DNA from: Thermoplasmata archaeon
Lineage (GTDB): Archaea > Thermoplasmatota > Thermoplasmata > Lutacidiplasmatales > UBA184
DNA length: 64,000 nt
Reading direction: 5' to 3'
Assembly (NCBI GenBank): GCA_021798195.1
Contig: JAJZYH010000001.1
Location: forward strand, 4,351 to 68,350
This document shows, in pieces, positions 33,989 to 44,280 of this stretch (position 1 is the first letter of the stretch; each line of letters opens with the position of its first letter). The notes beneath the pieces were generated by a model. That model was not told the DNA's origin and searched no databases. It saw nothing but the letters and a program-made list of their open reading frames with translations. The position numbers and the translations under genes were made by a program.

Positions 33989-35404
33989 GTGAAGGAATAC
34001 GACTGGGTGGTGATCGGGAGCGGCTCGGCGCTCTCCGTGGTGGATGCCCTCCTCCGGAAGGACCCCTCCCTCCGGGTGGCGGTGATCGACAAGGATGCGC
34101 CGGGGGGCATCTGCCTCACGAGGGGGTGCATCCCCTCGAAGATCCTCCTCGCGTCCGCCGACGTGGCCCGGACCGTGGAACGGGCCCGCGCGTTCGGAGT
34201 GGAGGTCCCCAAGGCGCGCGTGCACTTCGACGAGGTCATGGCCCGGATGCACCGGCTCATCGACGGCGAGATCGATGCCATCCGGGAGGGGCTCTCCCAC
34301 GCCCCAGGGATCGACTACTATCCCCAGGCGGCCGAGTTCGTGGCTCCGAAGACGCTCCGGGTGGGTTCCCAGACCATCCGCGGCCGACGGATCCTCCTGG
34401 GAGCCGGCTCCCGCCCCCGCATCCCGCCCATCCCGGGCCTCGTGGAGTCCGGCTTCCTCACCAGCGACACCGTCCTGTCCCTCACCCGGATGCCCTCCCG
34501 GCTCGCCATCCTGGGGGGCGGGTACATCGCCGCCGAGTACACGCATTTCTTCTCCGCCATGGGATGCGAAGTCACCGTCATCGGCCGGAACCCCTCCTTC
34601 CTCCCCCGGGAAGACCCGGAGGTGAGTTCCCTCGTGGCGAAATCCCTCGGGACCCGGGCCCGCCTCCTCCTGGGACACGAGGTGACGGAGATCCGGCGAT
34701 CCCGCGGGCAAAGGACGCTCCGGATCTCCCCGCGCCACGGGGACCACCCGGTGGACCTCTCCGTCGAGGAGATCCTGGTGGCCACGGGCCGGACCTCGCT
34801 GAGCGACCTTCTCCACCCGGAACGGGCGGGGATCGACACCGACGGGGAGGGATGGATCCGGGTGAATGAATTCCTCGAGACGAGCCAGCCCGACGTCTGG
34901 GCGCTGGGGGACGCCACGGGGCATGCCCTCTTCAAGCACCGGGCCAACCACGATGCCAGCGTCCTGGCGCACAACCTGCTCTCCGGGACGCGCCACCCCG
35001 TGGATTACCACGCCATCCCGCACGCGGTCTTCACGGAACCGGAGGTGGGGAGCGTGGGGCTCACCGAGCCCGAGGCCCGGAACCTTCTGGGCCCCGAGCA
35101 CCTATTGGTCGGCCGCTACGAATACCGTCATACCGCGAAAGGGGAGGCCCTGGGGGTGGAGGTGGGAATGGTCAAGGTGATCGTGGAACGGGAGACCCTC
35201 TCCCTCCGGGGGGCCCACGTGGTGGGGCCCGAGGCCTCCGTGCTGGTCCAGGAACTGGTGAACCTCATGTACACCCCCGGCCAGACCGTGCGGCCCATCC
35301 TCGACGCGATGTACATCCACCCGGCCCTCAGCGAGGTGGTCCAGCGCGCCGTCCTTTCCCTGAGACCCCTCGAAGGCACTCCCTCCCATTCTCGCCCCCC
35401 GTGA
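33989..35404 (+). CDS. Pyridine-nucleotide-disulfide oxidoreductase, dihydrolipoamide-dehydrogenase / mercuric-reductase-like
   Basis: GTG start. YDWVVIGSGSA; redox-active CLTRGCIPSK; second dinucleotide fold LAILGGGYIAAEY; C-terminal dimerisation HPALSE. Confidence 0.85.
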   Translation: MKEYDWVVIGSGSALSVVDALLRKDPSLRVAVIDKDAPGGICLTRGCIPSKILLASADVARTVERARAFGVEVPKARVHFDEVMARMHRLIDGEIDAIREGLSHAPGIDYYPQAAEFVAPKTLRVGSQTIRGRRILLGAGSRPRIPPIPGLVESGFLTSDTVLSLTRMPSRLAILGGGYIAAEYTHFFSAMGCEVTVIGRNPSFLPREDPEVSSLVAKSLGTRARLLLGHEVTEIRRSRGQRTLRISPRHGDHPVDLSVEEILVATGRTSLSDLLHPERAGIDTDGEGWIRVNEFLETSQPDVWALGDATGHALFKHRANHDASVLAHNLLSGTRHPVDYHAIPHAVFTEPEVGSVGLTEPEARNLLGPEHLLVGRYEYRHTAKGEALGVEVGMVKVIVERETLSLRGAHVVGPEASVLVQELVNLMYTPGQTVRPILDAMYIHPALSEVVQRAVLSLRPLEGTPSHSRPP

Positions 35405-35856
35405 GACCTCCCCGTTCCGGCGAAGGCTCCCGAGGGTACGGAGGGATCTGATCCACACCGGGCATCCCCCCGGCACCGACCCGGGAGCCAGCCGGACGGG
35501 GGATTCCAAGGGCTTCTTGGTTTGCTCCGGTGGTGGGAGGTGATGGGTGCCCCCTCCCTTGGGACGTCATCCCCCCAGTTCACACCCCTCTCCTCAGTTC
35601 CCCCCCGTGTCCCCGACAACTGGCCCCGGCACCGTTTTCGGTCCCCCTTCCCGCACAGTGGAGTGTGGCCGGGGATAGGTCCCGGGAAGACGTTCCGGAG
35701 AGGCCATCGAACTCCACGCCCGGGAACCGGGAAGCAAGAAAGGGAGCAGGCCCGCCGATGAGGAGGGGTTCCCGGAGAGATCACGGGTGGGGACCCCAAG
35801 GCCGTGACCGGCGCCTCCGGAGGTCCCCTTCCCCCCCGTCCCGGGGAAGGACCTCC

Positions 35857-37863
35857 TCACGGGGTTCGGGGGCCTGCGGCGGAAGGGGTGGGGGGCGTCC
35901 CCGGGACCTGGGTCGTGGGGAGCGTGAACCGGCGGGGGGCACCGAACGGCTGGAAGGGGCGTCCGCTGCCCCGGTAGAACTTGGAGAAATATTCCACGTA
36001 GAGCAACCGCGCCCCCTGGATGCCCGGTTCGAAGACGCCCAGCACGATGTTGAAGGTCTGCCCCACGAGGAGGATCGCGATCCCCGCCACCGCGAAGATC
36101 GCGCCCCCGTAGATGAGCTGCCCGAAGATGGTGTCGATCACCAGGGCGAGGATCACCGAGGCCATGAGGATCCCCACGAGCCGGGTGAAGGAGAGGATGT
36201 GGCTCACGATGCTGGGGAGCTCGATGGCGGCCTGGCCCCCTTCCGTGAGGACGATGCCCACGATGCCCGCCAGCGCGAGACCCACGTAGGGGAAGATCCC
36301 CGGACCGATCCCGCCGTGGAGCACGCCGAGCCCCGCGAACGCGATCCCCCAGGCGAGGACCACCCAGGAGATCTTCCCCGCGACGCCCTTCCGGCTCCGG
36401 TGCACGTACCACTCGTTGAGGGCCCCGAAGGCGAGGCCCAGGGTGACCATCCCGAGGCCCACGTACCCGGAGACCACGAGGAGCGTCCCCAATCCCCGGA
36501 TGGGGTCGAAGAGCTGGAAATTGACCGCCCCGTGGGTGATCTGCGCGAGGGTGAACCCGAAGTACTCGTCGAAGGCCACTCCCAGCCCGATGGCGATGAG
36601 GCAGCCCGGGACGAGCGCCTTCGCCAGGTTCTTCATGGCCCGGGGAGGCATGATCATGGTGGTGAACCGGATGAGGGCCCGGGGCACCAGGGTGGGGCCC
36701 GCCCGCGGATTGTCCACCCGCCAGATGATCCACAGGCACACCGCCAGGATGAAGGTCCCGTACCCCACGTCGCCCAGCATGAGGCCGAAGAAGACCGGGA
36801 AGACCAGGGCGTAGATGAATGTGGGATCGATCTCGTTGCTCTGCGGGAGGGAATAGAACCGGATGAAGAACTCGAACACCCGGAGCGGGCGGGGATTGCG
36901 CAGCAGGGTGGGCCCGGGATCGTGGGTGGGGATCACCGAGAGGGTGGTCCGGCCCCCGCCCACCCGTTCCAGTTCCCGCTCCAGCCGGGGGAGATCGTCC
37001 GCCGGGACCCACCCCTCCAGCGCGAAGCTGGAGCGGATCCCTCCCAGCCGCCCCATGACCTCCGCCTTCCGCGCTTCCACGGTGAGCTCCTCCTCGATGG
37101 GGAGGATGCGGGGATACCATTCCCGGGAGATCTCGAGGAGCCTCGCGCGGAGGGCGTCCACGCGCTGGTCCAGGCCCTGGATCTCCTTCGTGAGGTTCCG
37201 CACGGCCTCCGGGGGGGTCCCCGAAAGCTGCGGAGGCACGGCGGCGAGCCGGACGGCGTGCTGCTGGGCGAGGCGCCCGAACTCCTCGGCGCTCGTCCGG
37301 GGCACGCTCAGGATGAACCGGATCTCGCGGGGGAAATTTCGCGCCAGGAAGTAGACGTCCGGGGAGAGCCTCGTGACCTCCGCGCGGAACCTCTCCACAT
37401 CCTCCGGAAGGCCCTCGCCGAAGTAGGAGAGTGCGCTCCGGGTCTGGAGGACCGAGAGATCGTCCGGGAAGAAGTCGTGGTCCCGCACCAGCCGGAGGGC
37501 GTCCTCCGTGGAGCGCCGGCGGGTGAGGAGGGAATCCTCCTCCCGCTTGAGCTCCCGGACCTCCTCGTCGATGGGGATGGAGCGCGCCGCCGCGAGGACC
37601 TCCGCGACGCTGGAGAATCGGGCGGGGGTACCCACCGGGACCGGGGGAAGCGCCGCCACCAGGGACCGGAAGCGCAGGAGCTCGTCCGCCAGGGCCCGGG
37701 CCTCCTCCCCGGGGCGGTCCGGGGCGAAGACCTCCGCATTGGGGGGGCTCAGCGGCTCGATCTGCACCACGCCCATGTCGTGGAGCAGGGAGAGGACCCG
37801 ATCCTTGTCCTCCCGCAGTCCCGCCACCAATATCCGCCGCATGGGGGCGGGCTTCAGCACCAT
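35857..37863 (-). CDS. atpI: A/V-type ATP synthase subunit I (membrane a-subunit homolog)
   Basis: Start at internal ATG (MVLKPAPMRRILVAGL...). A soluble N-terminal half is followed by about 8 TM helices, including the conserved R in ...SFTRLVGILMASV. Confidence 0.9.
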   Translation of the reverse strand: MVLKPAPMRRILVAGLREDKDRVLSLLHDMGVVQIEPLSPPNAEVFAPDRPGEEARALADELLRFRSLVAALPPVPVGTPARFSSVAEVLAAARSIPIDEEVRELKREEDSLLTRRRSTEDALRLVRDHDFFPDDLSVLQTRSALSYFGEGLPEDVERFRAEVTRLSPDVYFLARNFPREIRFILSVPRTSAEEFGRLAQQHAVRLAAVPPQLSGTPPEAVRNLTKEIQGLDQRVDALRARLLEISREWYPRILPIEEELTVEARKAEVMGRLGGIRSSFALEGWVPADDLPRLERELERVGGGRTTLSVIPTHDPGPTLLRNPRPLRVFEFFIRFYSLPQSNEIDPTFIYALVFPVFFGLMLGDVGYGTFILAVCLWIIWRVDNPRAGPTLVPRALIRFTTMIMPPRAMKNLAKALVPGCLIAIGLGVAFDEYFGFTLAQITHGAVNFQLFDPIRGLGTLLVVSGYVGLGMVTLGLAFGALNEWYVHRSRKGVAGKISWVVLAWGIAFAGLGVLHGGIGPGIFPYVGLALAGIVGIVLTEGGQAAIELPSIVSHILSFTRLVGILMASVILALVIDTIFGQLIYGGAIFAVAGIAILLVGQTFNIVLGVFEPGIQGARLLYVEYFSKFYRGSGRPFQPFGAPRRFTLPTTQVPGTPPTPSAAGPRTP

Positions 37864-37882
37864 GGCGATCCGGTCCCTCCGT

Positions 37883-38293
37883 TCACGGCCTCGTGGGGGC
37901 CCTCGCGTTCGCTCCGCGGGTACCCGGCGCATCCGGCACCCAATCTCCGAAGAGGATGCGGAGGATGGCGGGGAAGCGCGCCTCCACCTCTCCGGGGGGG
38001 AGCGTCTCGATCTTCGATGCCTCGAAGCGGGCCAGCTCCAGGATCTTCTTCGCCTCCGCCTCGGCAGCGGCCACGGCGCTCTGGACCTCCTCGGCGTAGG
38101 CCCTCTCCGCCTCGCTCCGGGCCGCGGCGAGCGCCTCTTGGGACTCCGCCCGGAGCTGCCTCTGGTGCGCCTCCATGCGCTCCTTCGCCTCCCGGAGGCG
38201 GGATTCCCACGCCGCCTCGGCCTCCTTGAGCTGGCGCAGGGGGTTCACCGAGGGCTCCGGGGTCTCATTCGCGTGCGTTGTGATGGCCGACAT
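37883..38293 (-). CDS. atpH: A/V-type ATP synthase subunit H (coiled-coil stator subunit)
   Basis: 136 aa, Ala/Glu-rich coiled-coil (LRQLKEAEAAWESRLREAKERMEAHQRQLRAESQEAL...). Positioned between atpD and atpI. Confidence 0.65.
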   Translation of the reverse strand: MSAITTHANETPEPSVNPLRQLKEAEAAWESRLREAKERMEAHQRQLRAESQEALAAARSEAERAYAEEVQSAVAAAEAEAKKILELARFEASKIETLPPGEVEARFPAILRILFGDWVPDAPGTRGANARAPTRP

Positions 38294-38416
38294 GTTGCCT
38301 ATCGCCCTCCCAGGACATAGATGACGAGGCCGAGGAAGATCCCCAGCATGGCGAGGTTGAGGTAGGTGAGGAGGCGCCGGATCTGCCAGAACCTGCGCAC
38401 CGCCGGGTTGGGGAAC

Positions 38417-39085
38417 TCACGCCGGAACACCCTCCCTCCCGGGGGGCAGGGACTCGGCCTGGGCCTCCCGTTCCATCTTCCGTTTCACGGTCTTCAGCAT
38501 GGCGAAGCTGTCCCGCTCCAGCTCATCGAACCGGAACTTGATGTAGCGCGCCGTCTGGTCCAGGCGCGGGATGAGGACGTTCTCGATGGCGCTCGCCCGA
38601 CGCTTGGTCTTCTCGATCTCCTTCAGGAGACGGCGCATGGCGTTCTCCTTCTCCGCCACGTCCCGGACCACCCGGTAGACCTCCTGGAAGGCCCGGAGGG
38701 CCTCCTCCACGGAGGTGGGCAGGTGCACCAGGGTCCGGGGATCCGCGAGCTGGTAGGCCTCCCCTTCCACCGCCGGGGTCCGTACCCCCATGATGTTGCG
38801 GGTACGGATCCGGAGCTCCGACAGGTTGGGGAGCACCATGGAGATGTTCTCCAGGACGATGGGTCCCTCCAGCATCTCGGCGCGCCGGATGGCCGCGTAC
38901 CCCCGCTCGATCCGCCGGGCGAGGTCCCCCCGGAGCTCGGCGGTCTGCCGGGAGATCTTGAAGAACTCCACGATGAGGGCGGACCGCTTGAGCTTGAGCA
39001 GCGTGAGCCCGCGTTTGGCGAGGGCGATCCGCCGCTTCGTCCGGAGGAGCTCCAGCCGGGTGGGCCGCACCGTCTCCTGCGCCAT
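38417..39085 (-). CDS. atpD: A/V-type ATP synthase subunit D (central stalk)
   Basis: MAQETVRPTRLELLRTKRRIALAKRGLTLLKLKR...; 222 aa. Confidence 0.9.
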   Translation of the reverse strand: MAQETVRPTRLELLRTKRRIALAKRGLTLLKLKRSALIVEFFKISRQTAELRGDLARRIERGYAAIRRAEMLEGPIVLENISMVLPNLSELRIRTRNIMGVRTPAVEGEAYQLADPRTLVHLPTSVEEALRAFQEVYRVVRDVAEKENAMRRLLKEIEKTKRRASAIENVLIPRLDQTARYIKFRFDELERDSFAMLKTVKRKMEREAQAESLPPGREGVPA

Positions 39086-39106
39086 GTCGCACCTCCCCGT
39101 GAATGC

Positions 39107-40528
39107 CTAGGCCGGGGTCCCCGTGCGGGTCCGGGCGGCTCCCCGGTACCGGGCGATGAACTCGGGCTTGATCCGCTTGAGCTCCCGCTCCGGGAGATCC
39201 GCGAGGATCCTCCAGCCGATGTCCAGGGTGTCCTCGATGGAGCGGTCCTCCTCGTACCCCTGGTTCACGAAGTCGCTCTCGAACCGGTCGGCGATCCGCA
39301 GGTAGATGCGATCCACCTCGCTGAGCGCCTCCTCCCCCACGATGGCCGACAGGGCCCTCTGGTCCTTCCCCGTGGCGTACCCGGCGAAGAGCTGATCGGC
39401 GACGCCCCGGTGATCCTCCCGGGTGCGCCCCTTCCCGATCCCCTGGTTCATCAGGCGGGAGAGGGAGAGGAGCACGTCGACCGGGGGATAGACGCCCCGC
39501 CGCTGGAGGTCCCGGGCCATCACCACCTGCCCCTCGGTGATGTAGCCGGTGAGGTCCGGGATGGGGTGGGTGATGTCGTCGGCCGGCATGGTGAGGATGG
39601 GGAGCTGCGTGATGGACCCGGAACGGCCTTTGATCTTCCCCGCCCTCTCGTAGATGGTGGCGAGGTCCGTGTAGAGGTATCCCGGATAGCCCCGGCGCCC
39701 CGGCACCTCCTCCCGGGCGGCGGAGATCTCCCGGAGCGCCTCGCAGTAGTTGGTCATGTCGGTGAGCACCACCAGGACGTGCATGTTCCGCTCATAGGCG
39801 AGGAACTCCGCGGTGGTGAGGGCCATCCGGGGCGTGATCACGCGCTCCATGGAGGGATCGGAGGAGAGGTTCAGGAACACCACGGTGCGCTCCAGGGCCC
39901 CGGTCCGCTCGAATTCGCGGATGAAGTAATTCGCCTCCTCGCTGGTGATCCCCATGGCGGCGAAGATGACGGCGAAGCTCTCCGAGGAGTTCCGCACCTT
40001 CGCCTGGCGGACGATCTGGGCCGCCAGCTGGTTGTGGGGAAGGCCCGCTGCGGAGAAGATGGGGAGCTTCTGTCCCCGGACGAGCGTGTTCATCCCGTCG
40101 ATGTTGCTCATCCCGGTCTGGATGAACTCCGACGGTTGCTCCCGGGAGTACGGGTTCATGGCGTTCCCCACGATGTCGAACTTCTCCTGGCTCACGATGC
40201 GCGGACCCCCGTCGCGGGGTTGTCCCAGCCCGTCGAAGACCCGGCCCAGCATCTCGTCGGAGCAGGCCAGCCGGGCCACCTCCCCCGAGAACATGACGCG
40301 GGTCCCCGTGGCGTTCATGCCCAGGGTGGGCCCGAAGACCTGGACGATGGCGAGGCCGCGCCGGGACTCCAGCACCTGGCCCTTCCGCGTGGTCCCGTCG
40401 GGGAGGGAGATCTCCACGATCTCGCCGTAGGCGGCGTTGTCCACCCCCTCCACGAAGAGAAGGGGGCCGGCGATGCGCTCGATGGTCCGGTAGTCCACCG
40501 GTACGGGAAGCGCTCCGGCGCCGCTCAT
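39107..40528 (-). CDS. atpB: A/V-type ATP synthase subunit B (regulatory)
   Basis: 473 aa. Matches the AtpB family (FSGEVARL...[18 protein letters not shown]...). Its start overlaps the atpA stop. Confidence 0.95.
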   Translation of the reverse strand: MSGAGALPVPVDYRTIERIAGPLLFVEGVDNAAYGEIVEISLPDGTTRKGQVLESRRGLAIVQVFGPTLGMNATGTRVMFSGEVARLACSDEMLGRVFDGLGQPRDGGPRIVSQEKFDIVGNAMNPYSREQPSEFIQTGMSNIDGMNTLVRGQKLPIFSAAGLPHNQLAAQIVRQAKVRNSSESFAVIFAAMGITSEEANYFIREFERTGALERTVVFLNLSSDPSMERVITPRMALTTAEFLAYERNMHVLVVLTDMTNYCEALREISAAREEVPGRRGYPGYLYTDLATIYERAGKIKGRSGSITQLPILTMPADDITHPIPDLTGYITEGQVVMARDLQRRGVYPPVDVLLSLSRLMNQGIGKGRTREDHRGVADQLFAGYATGKDQRALSAIVGEEALSEVDRIYLRIADRFESDFVNQGYEEDRSIEDTLDIGWRILADLPERELKRIKPEFIARYRGAARTRTGTPA

Positions 40529-42342
40529 GCGGCCTCCTTGAGGAGCGCCTGGAACTGTTCCGCCATCTCCCGGTCCACGGCCTCGAAGGGAGCCATTCCT
40601 CCCTGCTCGCTCGTGGTCTTCATCCGGGAGATCTTCACCCGGACGGGCAGCTCCGTGATCCGGGCGAGGGGGACCCCCTTTCCGATGGCCTCTTCCTCCA
40701 GTCGCCCGAAGGTGAGGATGGTCCGGAGCATGCGGTACTGCTTCTCGATGGACGTGTAGGTATCCACGTCATCGTAGGCGCTCTGCTGGAGGTAGTCCTC
40801 CCGGATCATCCGGGCGGTGTCCAGGATCCCCTTCTCCCGCTCGGGCAGGGCGTCGGACCCCACGAGCTGGACGATCTCCTGGAGCTCGGCCTCCTTCTGC
40901 AGGAGTTCCAGGGCCCTGCGCCGGAGGGAGACCCAGTCCTTGGCCACCTTCTCCCCGTAGTACGGGGCGAGGTCGTCGCCGTAGAGGGAGTAGCTCGAGA
41001 GCCAGTTGATGGACGGGAAGTGCCGGCGGTTGGCCAGGGAGGCGTCGAGCGCCCAGAAGACCCGGGTCACCCGGAGCGTGTTCTGGCTCACCGGCTCGGA
41101 GATGTCCCCGCCGGGGGGACTCACCGCCCCGATCACCGTGACGGACCCCTGCCGGTCGTCGGGACCCAGGACCACCACCTTCCCGGCCCGTTCGTAGAAC
41201 TCGGCGAGCCGGCGTCCCAGGTAGGCGGGGTATCCCTCCTCTCCCGGCATCTCCTCGAGGCGGCCGGAGATCTCCCGGAGCGCCTCCGCCCAGCGGCTGG
41301 TGGAGTCGGCCATGAGCGCCACGTCGTACCCCATGTCCCGGTAGTACTCGGCGATGGTGATCCCCGTGTACACGCTGGCCTCCCGGGCCGCCACGGGCAT
41401 GTTGGAGGTGTTGGCGATGAGGATGGTCCGCTCCATGAGGGGCCGATGGCTCTTGGGATCCTCGAGGTGCGGGAACTCGGTGAGCACCTCGGTCATCTCG
41501 TTGCCCCGCTCCCCGCACCCCACGTAGACCACCACGTCCGCCTCGGCCCACTTGGCCAGCTGCTGCTGCGTGACGGTCTTCCCGCTTCCGAAGGGGCCGG
41601 GGATGGCGGCCGTGCCGCCCTTGGCCACCGGGAAGAACGTGTCGATGACCCGCTGCCCCGTGACCAGCGGGGTGAGGGGAGGAAGCTTCCGCACCACGGG
41701 GCGTGGGACCCGGACCTGCCAGGTCTGGACGAGGAAGAGCTCCCGGGTCCCGCCATCCGGCGTCCGGAGCTTCCCGATGGGTTGCCGGATGGTGTAGGGC
41801 CCCGTCTTGAGGTCCAGGAGGGTCCCGCTCCAGCCCGGAGGCACCAGGATCTTGTGCAGGAGGAGCGGCGTCTCCTGGACCGTTCCCAGGACGTCCCCGG
41901 CCGTCACGGTGTCGCCGGGCTTCTTGAGGGCGGAGAACTCCCAGACCACCTTCTCATCGAGGGGGCTCGTCACGAACCCACGGGTGATGAAGTCCCCCGC
42001 CATGGTCTTCAGCACCTCGAGGGGGCGCTGCACGCCGTCGTAGATCGACTTGAGGAGGCCGGGTCCCAGCTCCACGCTGAGCGCACGGCCGGTGTTCTCC
42101 ACGCGGTCTCCCGGGCGCACCCCTGTGGTGTCCTCGTACACCTGGATGGTGGCATCGCCGCCCACGATCCGGATGATCTCGCCCAGGAGCCCCAATTCCC
42201 CCACGCGGACCACGTCGAACATCTTGGCCCCGGTGAGGCCTTCGGCGATGACCACGGGTCCCGAGACCTTGATGACCTGGGCCGAGGGACGTTCCGCGGA
42301 CAGGGAGACCTTCGGAGGAGACGCGCTCACCATGGGGATCAC
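40525..42342 (-). CDS. atpA: A/V-type ATP synthase subunit A (catalytic)
   Basis: 605 aa. P-loop GPFGSGKT; the non-homologous insert region typical of the A subunit; [16 protein letters not shown]. Confidence 0.95.
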   Translation of the reverse strand: MIPMVSASPPKVSLSAERPSAQVIKVSGPVVIAEGLTGAKMFDVVRVGELGLLGEIIRIVGGDATIQVYEDTTGVRPGDRVENTGRALSVELGPGLLKSIYDGVQRPLEVLKTMAGDFITRGFVTSPLDEKVVWEFSALKKPGDTVTAGDVLGTVQETPLLLHKILVPPGWSGTLLDLKTGPYTIRQPIGKLRTPDGGTRELFLVQTWQVRVPRPVVRKLPPLTPLVTGQRVIDTFFPVAKGGTAAIPGPFGSGKTVTQQQLAKWAEADVVVYVGCGERGNEMTEVLTEFPHLEDPKSHRPLMERTILIANTSNMPVAAREASVYTGITIAEYYRDMGYDVALMADSTSRWAEALREISGRLEEMPGEEGYPAYLGRRLAEFYERAGKVVVLGPDDRQGSVTVIGAVSPPGGDISEPVSQNTLRVTRVFWALDASLANRRHFPSINWLSSYSLYGDDLAPYYGEKVAKDWVSLRRRALELLQKEAELQEIVQLVGSDALPEREKGILDTARMIREDYLQQSAYDDVDTYTSIEKQYRMLRTILTFGRLEEEAIGKGVPLARITELPVRVKISRMKTTSEQGGMAPFEAVDREMAEQFQALLKEAA

Positions 42343-42698
42343 CGAACTTGGTTGGGCGAGAGGGACGCTTCCAGGGAGATGCCGAGGATGCGCTTCGCGA
42401 GAGCGGCGAGGCTCTCCGGCTCCTCTCCCGCTCCGGGGGTGGGCAGGAAGACCACGAGGGGGTCGAGGGAACCCTCCAGCTGCCTCCGGAACTTCTCGGA
42501 AAGGGCGCCCTGGACCTTCTGACCCGCGAGGATGAGGCTGTACTTCCCGCTGGTCACGAGCTCCTGGAGCGCGGCTTCCGCACCCCGCTCGGGGGCGATG
42601 ACCGCATCGCGCACGCCGATGAGGCGGAAGCCGATCACGAGCTCGCGCTCACCGATCACGGCGATGGGTCGGACGGGGTCGGTGGTACCGGCGGGCAA
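42339..42698 (-). CDS. atpF: A/V-type ATP synthase subunit F
   Basis: [18 protein letters not shown]... is typical of subunit F. The annotated TTG start is uncertain; a GTG about 39 nt downstream would give about 106 aa. Confidence 0.8.
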   Translation of the reverse strand: MPAGTTDPVRPIAVIGERELVIGFRLIGVRDAVIAPERGAEAALQELVTSGKYSLILAGQKVQGALSEKFRRQLEGSLDPLVVFLPTPGAGEEPESLAALAKRILGISLEASLSPNQVR

Positions 42699-43028
42699 GG
42701 CGGCCCTCCCGGGCGCATGGAGTATTTAGCCTTGCCGTTCCGCGGCGGCGGTTGTGGGGTACGGGAATGAGTTCCGTGCCGCGACGGGAGGAAAGGAACG
42801 CCCCCGTGGCGCGGAACGGCGGGGCACCGGGACTGGATGTCCGGAGAGATCTCGGACGGGGAGAGGGAGATTTCGGCGGTACCCGTCCCCAGAGCCCCGG
42901 GGCGCCGAAGTGCATCGCAACCCCCGGTCCCTCAACCCTCGGGGAGGAGAAGAACGGATCGAAGGGGGATGCCGAGGTGAAGAAGTTGGCCCCCGGGGGA
43001 ATGTCGCCCCCGGGGGTGTCGTGACCCC

Positions 43029-43673
43029 TCAGAGGACGGTGAGCGTCCCCGTCATGAAGCCCGGGGTGCTCATGGGGCCGCTCCCACAGGGCGCCATGCA
43101 GTTCCAGGTGAACGTCCCGGTCTGGTTGAAGTAGGCCTGGAAGGTCACCACGGTGGGGGACCCACCCGCTCCCGCCGCGACGGGGATGGGAACGTTGAAT
43201 CCGGCGTACGCGCCCGACATGAACGTGAACGTGTGGGCCACCACGTTGGGGTTCACCGAGTGCACCGTCTGGGTCCCGTTGAGGGTCATGGTGTTCCCCA
43301 CGGTGCCGTTGACCTGCGCGTACTGCGCAGCCACGGGGCTGGAGCCATTGTCGTAGTTCGTGATCACGAACTCCACCAGCGTTCCCGACGGGACGCTGAA
43401 GTTCGCGGGGGTGTACTGCGGCCACCCGTTGGCCGGGTTCGCGTTGATGGTGAGGTAGATCTGGTACGCCTGGTGGACCGGGGCGGCGGGGGCTGCGGGA
43501 GATGTGGAAGCACCCGGAGAGGTCCCCGACCCGGTGCCGATGGGCGTGCTCGTGACGATCCCGAAGGCAAACCAGGCGACGGCCACCGTGATCACCACGA
43601 GGACGAGGGAACTCGCGATCCAGGAGGCATTGGAGCGTGCGGGACGGTTTCGGACGTTGGTCATTTTTCTCAC
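43029..43673 (-). CDS. Membrane-anchored, S/T/P-linker-containing cupredoxin-like domain protein (non-canonical ligand motif)
   Basis: N-terminal TM (WIASSLVLVVITVAVAWFAFGIV), a S/T/P/A linker, then a beta domain with ...NFSVPSGTLVEFVITNYD...VVAHTFTF...FTWNCMAPCGSGPMSTPGFMTGTLTV. It resembles cupredoxin/CuA-like topology, but the His after the Cys pair is missing. Several N-x-S/T sequons. Confidence 0.45.
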   Translation of the reverse strand: MRKMTNVRNRPARSNASWIASSLVLVVITVAVAWFAFGIVTSTPIGTGSGTSPGASTSPAAPAAPVHQAYQIYLTINANPANGWPQYTPANFSVPSGTLVEFVITNYDNGSSPVAAQYAQVNGTVGNTMTLNGTQTVHSVNPNVVAHTFTFMSGAYAGFNVPIPVAAGAGGSPTVVTFQAYFNQTGTFTWNCMAPCGSGPMSTPGFMTGTLTVL

Positions 43674-43692
43674 CGTCCCGGGGAGTCCCGTC

Positions 43693-43707
43693 GGGGGGTA
43701 TACCCCC
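43693..43707. promoter_or_regulatory. Perfect palindrome gggggtataccccc (self-complementary 14-mer centred on tata)
   Basis: Lies in the 200-bp divergent intergenic region between the cupredoxin-like gene and the wHTH regulator gene. Possible TATA/operator overlap. Confidence 0.35.
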
Positions 43708-43725
43708 TACGTCGAATCCAAGGGG

Positions 43726-43747
43726 TGAGTCCCAGGGTTGGGACTCA
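43726..43747. promoter_or_regulatory. Inverted repeat tgagtccca-gggt-tgggactca (9-bp perfect arms)
   Basis: Second palindrome in the same intergenic region, about 125 bp upstream of the regulator ATG. Confidence 0.35.
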
Positions 43748-43872
43748 TGGGTGGCCCGGAGCCATCCGGGAGAGAGTTCCCCCAGGGGCCCGGGAACGTT
43801 CCCAGAGTATATGCGGTTCGGGTTTTCATCCTCCCCCTGGAGGGAAGAACCCGTCAGGCCTGGGGCTCCATC

Positions 43873-44280
43873 ATGACCATGGCCGAGTCCGCACCGGCTC
43901 CCTCCGATGCGTCCCCCGTGCTTCCCCGTTCCCGGGAGGAACGGATCCTCCTCGCCCTGGGGGATCCCATCGACCGGGCCCTCCTCCTGGCCCTCAACGA
44001 AAGGGCCCGGACCGCCCCGGACCTCATGGCCGAGCTCCGCCTCCCCCACAGCTCCGTGTACCGGAAACTCCATGAGCTCCAGGAACTGGGCCTCGTGGGG
44101 ATCCAGCGGCTCGCCATCACTCCCCAGGGGAAGCGCGTGGAGTACTACCGAAGTCTCGTCTCCGGGTTCCGGGTGGAGCTGGAGGGCGGCAGGCTCAAGG
44201 TGAACGTCTCCCTGCGGGATCTCACGGCCGAGAGGGCGAAGACCCTGTGGGATTCCATGCGGGAAGAGGTGCGGCCATGA
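43873..44280 (+). CDS. Winged-helix (ArsR/TrmB-like) transcriptional regulator
   Basis: Internal ATG (MTMAESAPAP...). The HTH is RILLALGDPIDRALLLALNERARTAPDLMAELRLPHSSVYRKLHELQELGLV. Its TGA stop overlaps the ATG of the downstream membrane protein. Confidence 0.65.
   Translation: MTMAESAPAPSDASPVLPRSREERILLALGDPIDRALLLALNERARTAPDLMAELRLPHSSVYRKLHELQELGLVGIQRLAITPQGKRVEYYRSLVSGFRVELEGGRLKVNVSLRDLTAERAKTLWDSMREEVRP

Noticed and set aside
38366-40759. 797-aa plus-strand ORF, and similar long antisense ORFs across the ATPase and gyrA genes (for example 57640..60345, 41020..42522, 35530..38229)
   Set aside because: All are antisense to highly conserved ATPase/gyrase genes. They are Gly/Pro/Arg/His-rich.
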